DNA of 64,000 bases. Origin: Octopus sinensis (lineage: Eukaryota). The first letter of the stretch is position 1, and each line of letters begins with the position of its first letter. The stretch lies in the NCBI RefSeq assembly GCF_006345805.1, contig NC_043000.1, positions 30,504,001 to 30,568,000 of the forward strand, written 5' to 3'. This document shows positions 54,018 through 64,000 of the stretch, one piece after another. The notes beneath the pieces are model-generated. The model worked only from the letters and a program-made list of their open reading frames with translations, made no database searches and was not told the DNA's origin. The position numbers and the translations under genes are program-made.

Positions 54018-54157
54018 CAAATACGCATATGGAGAAATGCACATCGGTTCATACATAGCAATACAGGTAATCATACACGTGCACATTCATATGTATGTGC
54101 ATACGTGTACATGAACGAGGCAGCAAGTGTGAATATCATGTCTACAGCATTCGCACG

Positions 54158-54227
<70 letters not shown>

Positions 54228-54593
54228 TGTGCGTATACGTATGTGTGTGTGTATAATTTCTAAATATATAACTTGTAAATATATATGTCTGTGCAAACTT
54301 TTAGGGGCAAAGTCCTCCGGTGGGCTAATCGCGCATGCGCCCGAAAACTGATGCTAGTTAAATAGTATGACTATAATGCGTCTATAATGACGCATTATAT
54401 AATCCCAGCGAAGCCACGGCTTTGCTTTTTACTATAAAACAAATGAACGGTGTTTCTTGAAGATTCAGGATGAAAATTTTTTGTGTCGTATGTGTATTAT
54501 GCCTCAAAATGACTGAAAATCGTAACTAAAATGGAAAATGCTGTTAAATTCTTCAGGTATGCTACGGCAAGCAAATAATACCGATTTCAGTGG
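53294..54593. repeat. 193-bp direct repeat (53294-53486 and 54401-54593)
   Basis: Apparently identical copies 914 bp apart; 11-bp-stem hairpin immediately before copy 2. Confidence 0.9.
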
Positions 54594-55445
54594 GTGGTGT
54601 TTGATCAGAGGTTAAGGACAGATGAAAATTAATTCTGTAATGCAATCATTCTATTGTTCTTCTCCCAAGTTGAATTCCAACTGTTGGCCAAGTTGTCCCA
54701 AAATCCTTATCTCAACGTAAAATTAACGAAACGAATATCATTTATCTCCCCCTTGATCTCTGACGTCATCTAACAAACGCCAACCAAGATGGCGGGTATC
54801 AACCAAGCTTTACCTGACAGAAATAGCAACCTAAATGATTCTAAATCTGACCCCAATACTGGATGTTCTAGAACCAAATGAAGGGCAGACCCCCAGAAGT
54901 TATAATATGTGTACGTAGAGCAAATTTTGACTGAGATACAGGGGACCCCAGACAGACAGACAGAATTTCTCTTAATATTCTAACATATGTGTGTGTGGTC
55001 TTTTACATGTTTCAGTCATTTGACTGCAGCCATGCTGGAGCACCGCCTTATATATATATATATATATATATATCCTTTCATTTTTCTGGCAGTAAATGCC
55101 CTAGAGTGCTAGGTATTGCTGATCGGTGTAAAATTAGAAATTTCTTTAAATGAAATCATGGAACTAGTAAAAGAAAGCTTTAATGTAAAAAATCTAAGGA
55201 AGCATAAACATGGGATGGAGGATTATTCAAGATTCATAAATATTATAAATATTATTTAATAATATCGTATGGATGTGAAAATGTCCTCCATGCGGGATGG
55301 AGAAACGCATGTCGCAATACAATAACAAAATCTAAAAATTTCCATTCGCAAATTATATTTTTTATTACTATGTATCAGTCTGTCTGTCTGTCTATTTATC
55401 TATCTATCTATCTATCTATCGAACTATCTATCTATTTTTCTATTG

Positions 55446-55515
<70 letters not shown>

Positions 55516-55557
55516 ATAGAAAATAGATAGATAGATAGATATATATATATATAATAT

Positions 55558-55613
<56 letters not shown>

Positions 55614-57120
55614 GTGTAATATATGGATTCATAGGATCGCGTGACTATCAAAGAAATCTCCTCTAGTGAACTCGCCTAACAGATCACAGGAGATCCAATA
55701 GATAAAATTATTTTATGAGACGTATATAAACCATAAAATGTTTAGAAATATGAGAGGTAAATATATTTATTTAGCCACTTCTCATACCTAGGCTCACAGC
55801 CTTTTCCCAGTTTTGTTCTTGTCCTCCTCCTCCTTCTTCTTACTCTTCTTGAGCAATACGGCTCTTAAGAATGGTTACCCTGTTTTCATAGCGTATAAGT
55901 GACCGAGCTCACATCATTCACCCTGAACAGAACGCAGGTACTTTGTATGGATCAATTTCACAGTTTTCAAGGATAACGTCAAATTGATTACATCGACCCT
56001 AAGGTATGACTGGTAGTTTATTTTAGTGACCGCAAAAAGATAAACAGTATAGTCGATCTTGGTGAGATGTGAACACAAAGCATAGAAAGCCAACAGAACT
56101 GCCGTTTGGCATCTTAGTTCTCCTTTGTACGAGCTGTGCTAATGTAAAAGCACACTTTGTACATCTATGCGTCCTTCTTGTACAGTTTTCCATTTGTATA
56201 AACGTATTTAAGTTAAACTGAATTCTTAATCCTCATTGTAATTAAAGTTTTAATCTCTGATTTCGTTTATTTCTTTGTTTGTATCCGTTACGTTTTGTAT
56301 TTTAATTCAAAGACTATTTTAATCTATTACAAACTATTTTCCTTTGTTTTGTGTTTTCAATAATGCTAGGATATATATTTTCAAAACTAATAACAAAAAT
56401 GGAAAAAAAAAAACTTTATATATTTTCTTCAATTCAATTTTTACCTTTACTCCAACTAAAGGAACAACCTGGAAAGATTATTATAGACTGAGAAAAATAG
56501 AAAGAGATAAAAGGAAAGAGAGAGGTGGGGAGAAAGAGATAAAGTCACAATCGGAGACAGACAAGCTGACAGACAGAGTATGTGAGTTTGAGAATGAAAG
56601 CAATGGTTGGGAAGAGAGGTAAGCTTCGGAACAGTGAATAATATTCTAGAGTAAGAAGATGGAAAAACTGTGTAAGTTAGAGGTAGATAAAGTGATTATG
56701 GGGGTAGCCGTTTAGATAGATAGAGAGAAAGATGTAGCTGTAGACAGGAAGAAACACAAAGCAGATAAATAAACAAAAGAACGAGAAAAGAAGCTGCCAT
56801 TTACCCGGGTTAATAAAATATGTATATATGCATCTAAACGTGCATATACATGCACAAAGAAAGAGACATACTTATGGATATGTGTATATCCTACATTTGT
56901 AGATGCATCGCCGTTTTATGTTGTCACTAAAAGTAAAGATATTATTGTTTAATGCACAGAAAGGCATTGCACAATATTACGTCTACTTTTAGAGACAACA
57001 TAGAACATAGACATACAGGTATATATAAATGTAGGGTGTATGCATATATAAAGGTGTGTGTGTTTCTATGTGCATGTATGTATGCTTTTCCATGCATATA
57101 TACATATATATGTGTATATA

Positions 57121-57720
57121 TATGTTTCGACCAAAGATTGGTCCAGGCCATGTCTGACTTAATAGCACCACCTGATAGGATTATCTAAATCCTTTTAAAG
57201 TCAAGTTTTGTGGTATCATGGTCCATTTAAGTAGGGAGTTCTTGTTGAGTGAGTTGTATCTAGTTATAGATGGCTTATCTGGTATTCCTTGAAGAAATAT
57301 GTCCAGATTCCGTTCAAGTGTGTTAGGATTCTTTTCCTCTTTGATCAGTTTTGGGACAATGTTAAATAGGGTAGGAAATGTTGAAGAAAAGAAATCGTGT
57401 CACAGCGTACCCATATGTTGTGATCTTGAATTTCGGTGGCGTACGTATGGCTCGCGGTCCTAGCCTTAGATGAACCTTGAAACTAATGTTCAGGTTGTGT
57501 GGCCAGTGCTGGCAGTATATTCTCCACATCGTGTAAATGATGCACCACTCGCGGCGGCGCCGGAGAGAGTAGAGTTTCAAGGCTTTAAGGCGATCCCAGT
57601 AATCGAGATCAGTCATACTCTTAATTCGTTTAGTGAGTGCCCTCTGGAGTGATACAGTTTTCGAGATGTTTTGCTCTGTATGGGGAGATCACAGGGGACA
57701 GCAGTATTCGAGGTATAGCC
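57121..57720 (-). mobile_element. CR1-group LINE 3' end
   Basis: YLEYCCPL; [34 protein letters not shown]; LDIFLQGIPDKP...NSLL; terminal hairpin GACC-AATCTTT-GGTC. Confidence 0.82.
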
Positions 57721-57806
57721 GTACATATATGTATATGTGTATATATACATAGATACATACATACATATATATATACATGTATATACATATACACATGTAT
57801 CTATCC

Positions 57807-57837
<31 letters not shown>

Positions 57838-57857
57838 TGTGTGTGTGCGTGCGTGTG

Positions 57858-57918
<61 letters not shown>

Positions 57919-58149
57919 GCGAGATAGATAATGGATAGATACGTGTGCGTGTGTGTGTATATGTAACTATGTGTATATATGCATAATATGATTAATGTTT
58001 ACTTTTAAAGAAACGTTTGAAGAACGCAGACGAAGAGTTACGCTAGATTTGTGAGGTGACGCCTTTTAGCATTCTTTTACTAATGGATCCTTCAATGTTT
58101 TGGAAGTATTCACCTTTTCAAATACAATAATAATATTCAATGAATTAGA

Positions 58150-58600
58150 AGAAATACGTTTGTTACCGGTAGAGCTTTCTTGTAAAAATACCTAACATAA
58201 CGATAAATCTTGTTACCTAATCTGTTGGATATTATAAACGTCTGCAATATAAACGGTTTCTAATGAAGGCAGAACTGGAAATAACAGTCTAATAGCAAGT
58301 CAAAAGCGGCGTTGTCAAGGATGAAGCGTGTAGTGTTGCGTTAGTCAATGCCTTGGTGCTAGTAGACGCAGATAAATTGAGAGAGGCATTTGGAGATTTA
58401 AAGGAGTGCAAATGTTGTGTAAATCTTTCCTTGAAATCATTGGTTGTTATATCCCTGGAAAGATTGTATTGTGATGTCATCGGCGAGGAACAGGATACCC
58501 CAGAATGCAGCTGCAAGGATTTCGTTGTTATTGGATGTAGTGTCTGCGGTGGACTGAGGATGCAAATTACAAGTAACATTTCCTCATCGTCGCACTAGAA
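58150..58600 (-). pseudogene. Penelope-like element GIY-YIG endonuclease C-terminal relic
   Basis: TTNDFKERFTQHLHSFK (cf. G.T...FK.R...H..SF) and ILDNA...FQFCLH*KPFIL (cf. W.IL....C.LCL.EK..I); frameshifted. Confidence 0.55.
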
Positions 58601-59022
58601 TCAACGACAAGAGTTTCGCTTTTGAAGATTTTAGCAAAATACACGCATACATATATATATGCATAAAAACAAATAGGCAAACACACAAACACGCACACGT
58701 TCATATATATATGTGTGTGTGTGTGAACTGAGAGACAGAGGCAGGGAGGGGAGAGGGAGATATAGATAAACATATACATAAAGTGAGAGAGAGCAATACA
58801 TATACATAAAGAATTAGAGAGGGAACTGCTGATGTCAAATTGAAATGTTCCGTTATAAAAATAGAACACTTCAAAGGCTTTCCATTTTTTATGGCAATGT
58901 GTCAGGCGTTCTTCTGAATATATTTTATTCACTCTAAAATAATCGCATGCCGTACATTATTCAGATTTTGATTCTCCTTGTGCTAAAGTACAACCACATT
59001 CACACAGAAAACATATTCAGCC

Positions 59023-59058
<36 letters not shown>

Positions 59059-59126
59059 GTATAACATATATATATATGTATATACATGTATTCATGTATA
59101 TATATATGTGTATGTATATATATATA

Positions 59127-59168
<42 letters not shown>

Positions 59169-59439
59169 TACCACACACATGTATGTATACATGATATCTT
59201 TCTATAAATTTGAGTGTTATTTTATTAATATATACTGTTCTTATATCGATTGTTTTGGCGACACTGTAATTTTCAAAGACAGGCAGCAGTACCGATCTCC
59301 CGCCTTCACCGAAGGGCAATCACATAAGATTGGCCATTGAAGAGATGATAACACTGGCGATGCTCCAGCATGGCTACATCCTTAGGCTGAAACGTATATA
59401 AGAATTTAGACTAGAAATATATATGTGTGTGTTTGTATT

Positions 59440-59482
<43 letters not shown>

Positions 59483-60373
59483 GTGTGTGTGTGTGAGCGT
59501 GTGTGTGTGTAAATTATTTAAAAGACACAATACATGTCTTTAAGTGTGACCAATAGTTTCATATGTTGAGAAATATCTCAAACATATGCAACAAGGAAAA
59601 ACGATAAACAGCAAAATCATATTGCCAGGAAATTGATTGTATGCATGAGAATTTGAAAAAAGAAGCAACCCAGACTAGTGAATAGAGATGGCCCAATTTT
59701 GCGACATTGCACGTCCTCACCACACCTCACGCTACGGCCCAAAATTTGCAAAGTCTGAATTAGGAGATTTTGCAACATCCTCCCTATTTCCCTACTGATA
59801 TCTCTCCTACTGATCAACACCTATTTAAACATTTTGAGCTTTTCATAAGCAATAAAACATAGGACATTTATAAAGAGAAAGGTAGTCTTACAGCTGTTTG
59901 TGGGATATTAGGGATATCCCTTCATCAAGACCCACATTAGACTCCTCAATCGTATTGTTACCGAACCGAGAGTCTAACTACGGTCCTTCCGTAGCACTCA
60001 CATAGCCTTACCTGCCATCTTGGGTCTTCTAGATACCAATACTTCTCATATACATGTGTGTGTGTGTCTCTGTGTGTATGTGTTCGTGTGTGTGTATGTG
60101 TGTGTTTGTGTTTGTGTGTGCGTGCCTGTGTGTGCGTGTGTGTGTGTGTGTGTATGTATGTACGTATGTATGTATGTATGTATGTATGTATGTATGTCCA
60201 TTTCACTTATACTTTTTACTACAACTCACTACAGGGCGGAAATCTATCCAACGATGCTTTTTTTACTATGTGTGTGTGCTAGTGACTGTGTGTGTTTGTA
60301 TGTATATGTGTTGGGTGTTTGTGTGTGCGTGTGTGTGTTTGTGTGTGTGTCTGCATATACATATGTATATATA

Positions 60374-60429
<56 letters not shown>

Positions 60430-60829
60430 TATATATATATGTATGTATTCATATTATATGCGCATATGTTTCTTCGTCTTCGTCCTCGTCTACTCCCACA
60501 GTGAAGAATGAATGCGAGTCACTCATTTCAATTACTGTCGACTTCATCAAACTCTCTCATTTTGCCGGGAATCTTTACGGCATATTAAAGCACCGTATAT
60601 CAGCATTCATGTGATTTTTATGTTTAACTATACGTAAAAGCAAACATTAATATGTGTTAACTTGATGCGCACTAAATAGCGTTGACTGACACACAGCTAT
60701 GCAGCCATATTTGACAAGTTACTGTACAAACGATCATAAGAAGCGTACATTCTTTCCATGCTAAATATGACTGTTCTTAAGCGTGTGCCTGTATATCTGT
60801 GGATCCGTGCGTGGATAACATGATCGTCA

Positions 60830-60871
<42 letters not shown>

Positions 60872-61064
60872 GTGTGTGTAAATTTATGTCTTTCTTTGGT
60901 GTGTGTTCAAATTATGTTGCTGTTCCCTACATTCAAGGTGTTTTTCACAGCTAATAAAGAATTAAGATCACAAAATATCACCACCACCCTATCCACAGCA
61001 ACCATTTAATTTTTTTTCTACTCTACGCACAATACTCGAGATTTTGGGGGTTGCTCTGAGCCAG

Positions 61065-61815
61065 TTGATTAGATCGACACCAGAACCTAAACTGGTATTT
61101 AATTTATCGACCCCGAAAGGATGAAAGGCAAAGTCGACCTCGGCAGAATTTGAACTCAGAAGGTAAAAACAAACGAAATACCTATTTCTTTACTACCCAC
61201 TAGGGGCTAAACACTGAGGAGACAAACAAGGACAGACAGACGGATTGGGTCGATTATATCGACCCCAGTGCGTAACTGGTATTTAATTTATCGACTCCGA
61301 AAGGATGAAAGGCAAAGTCAACCTCGGCGGAATTTGAACTCAGAAGGTAAAGACAGACGAAATACCGCAAAGCATTTCGCCCGGCATGCTAAGGTTTCTT
61401 ATTTCTTTACTACCTACAAAAAGCTACACACAGAGGGGACAAACAAGGACAGACAAACGGATTAAGTCGATTATATTTACCCTAGTGCGTAACTGGTACT
61501 TAGTTAATCGATCCCGAAAGGATGAAAGGCAAAGTCGACCTCGGCGGAATTTGAACTCACTAGGTAGCGGCAGATGTAATACCTATTTCTTTACTACCCA
61601 CAATCTGCTAAACATAGAGGGGACAAACAAGAACAGACAAACGGATTAAGTCGATTATATCGACCCCAGTGCGTAATTGGTACTTAATTTATCGACCCCG
61701 AAAGGATGAAAGGCAAAGTCGACCTCCGCGAAACTTGAACTCAGAACGTAACGGCAGACGAAATACCGCTAAGCATTTCGCCTGTTGTGCTAACGTTTCT
61801 GCCAGCTCGCCGCCT
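61065..61815 (-). mobile_element. Head-to-tail tetramer of SINE family C
   Basis: Four CCGAAAGGATGAAAGGCAAAGTC-type cores; only the last unit has the complete head (GCCAGCTCGCCGCC). Confidence 0.9.
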
Positions 61816-62863
61816 TACAGCGACTATTTTATTGTAAGTACAAACTTGCGCCGGGCTACATTGGAATCATTCATTAATTGATCTCGAGAATTCATTATAT
61901 CAATAGGCTAAAACAAACATGGATAGATCTATTGTGTGTAGGGATTGGGCTCTTCTCTTGCGCATATTCTTGAACACCCATACGCAGAGACAAACTTGTT
62001 TGAAATGATAATCGACCGCAAGAAGTATATAATTTCTCGGAAAAAGCCTCCTACAACCACAAGCAAAAGGAGATATATTAGAATTGCTTTAAAGATATAT
62101 AATTTATATTTCAATTTAAATTTATTCTCTTCACTTCCTGATTCAAAATTAACGGCGATCTATGGTGATAGTTTTCAAATGTGTTCATTAAATTTCTCCA
62201 CCGATCTGTCTTTAGCAATTTTCATATTTTTTAGTAAGTTTTCAATTCTTACCAGAAGTAATATAATTAATCTAAATGTGATTATGTTATGTCAATGACA
62301 TACAATTATCTCAAAATATAAAAACAAGTTTTTCCTAGAAATATTTATAACTGACACGAAATATTAAAATACGGTATAATGTATTATACGTTATTGATGA
62401 GAAAGAGTAAATATTCAACAAAACTTTATTCTCACTCTAAAGAGAAATCTTTTGGACAATGTTTTTCTTTTTGTTTCTGCAAACGGTTTATCCAAAAGCT
62501 ACAAACACTCACACTCACACACACACACGCAGATATACATACATACATACATACATACATAAATACATACATACATGTATATATTACCGTGATTACCGTG
62601 ACCGACCAGGCTATCAGATGTTGCTACACATCGCTGGTCACAATGCGCTTCGCATTGTTTTAGCCTTCAAATGACGCCATCCCGCTAGCTAAGCGAGCAG
62701 TCCAACAGAAGAAAGAGTGAGGGAAAGTTGTGGCGAAAGAGTACAGCAGGGATCGCCACCACCTCCCGCCGGAGCGTCGTCGAGCTTTAGGTGTTTTCGC
62801 TCAATAAACACTCACAACGCCCGGTCTGGGAATCGAAACCGCGATCCTACGACCGTTGCGTCT

Positions 62864-62931
<68 letters not shown>

Positions 62932-62959
62932 TGCATATCTATCTATCTAATTATCTATC

Positions 62960-63071
62960 TCCCAAGGTGCCAATGCGTAACACCTTGGACAAGTATCTCG
63001 GACCGACCAAAGCCTTGTGAGTGGATTTAGTAGGCGGGAACTGAAAGAAGCCCGTCGTATATATATATGTG

Positions 63072-63112
<41 letters not shown>

Positions 63113-63345
63113 TTGTGTATATTTTTGTGAGTCTGTGTTTATCCCCCCAACATCGCTTGACAACCGATGCTGGTGTGTTTACCTCCTCGTAACTTAGCAG
63201 TTCGGCAAAAAAGGCCGATAGAATAAGTACTAAGCTTACAAAAATATAAGTCCTGGGATCGATTTTCTCGACTAAAGGCGGTGCTCCAGGATGGCAACAG
63301 TCAAATGACTAAAACAAGCAAAAGAGTAAAAGAGTAAAATAGTAT
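62960..63345 (+). mobile_element. SINE family A, 5'-truncated
   Basis: CCTTGGACAAGT...GAAAGAAGCCCGTCG (TA)n ... GTCAAATGACTAAAAC. Confidence 0.88.
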
Positions 63346-63626
63346 ATATGCAAGAGTACTATGGGATCAACTGCATCGTTAAAACTAGAAGTCAAAAATG
63401 CTTCTGTGCTACGGAGTAGTTACAAAGCTTGTACAAGCATGATAGGAAGAAATTCCAGTGAAAAATATATTTGTCTTTTTTTTCTCTGCTAGGTCAGCAA
63501 AAGTAATGCTGGTAAAGATGATATGATTTCGAATTTAGCACCAAACGGAGCTTGATTCTCGTCAGCCAACAACTCCTAAAATTTACGCCTACCATGCTTG
63601 CAAGTTTGTTTGAAGAGGCCAATCAC

Positions 63627-63660
<34 letters not shown>

Positions 63661-64000
63661 CACATATATATACATATACATATGTATCTATATGTGGAGG
63701 AGCAATAGTCCAGGGGTTAGGGCTGCGGACTCACGGTCGTGGGATCACGGTTTCGATTCCCAGACTGGGTGTAGTGAGTGTTTATTGAGCGAAAACACCT
63801 AAAGCTCGACGAGGCTCTGGCAGGGGGTGGTAACGAACCCTGATGTACTCTTTCACCGCAACTTTCTCTCACTCTTTCTTCCTCTTTCTGTTCTACCTGT
63901 ATTTCAAAGGACCTGTCTTGTCACACTCTGTGTCACGCTGAATCTCCCCGAGGACCAAGTTAAGGTTACACGTGTCTGTGGAGTGCTCAGCCACTTGCAC

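Noticed and set aside
61065-61815. CRISPR-like periodicity
   Set aside because: Units are diverged SINE copies with no unique spacers; eukaryotic context.

Overview
AT-rich, microsatellite-saturated animal genomic DNA with one 100-N gap (8062-8161). I found no intact host protein-coding gene; almost all listed ORFs are translations of simple repeats. The repeat landscape resembles octopus/cephalopod DNA (inferred from recalled SINE families, not verified). It includes three abundant tRNA-derived SINE families (working names A, B, C), decayed LINEs (Tx1/L1-like ORF1-only, CR1-like, R4/Dong-like), a Penelope-like GIY-YIG relic, mariner/Tc1 relics, a non-autonomous Helitron, a 2.4-kb tandem duplication and many inverted repeats. 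The main result is that the window is rich in type I hammerhead ribozyme (HHR) motifs, about 16 intact or decayed copies found by eye. The best case is a ~497-bp head-to-tail array (9421-10606) whose monomer carries an HHR with an unusually long, G-U-rich helix II inside a highly base-paired unit. This is a candidate retrozyme or viroid-like circular RNA producer. A 254-bp palindrome (5289-5542) carries one HHR on each strand, and a fully paired HHR sits at 27593-27646. All folds were done by hand and coordinates of decayed repeats are approximate.
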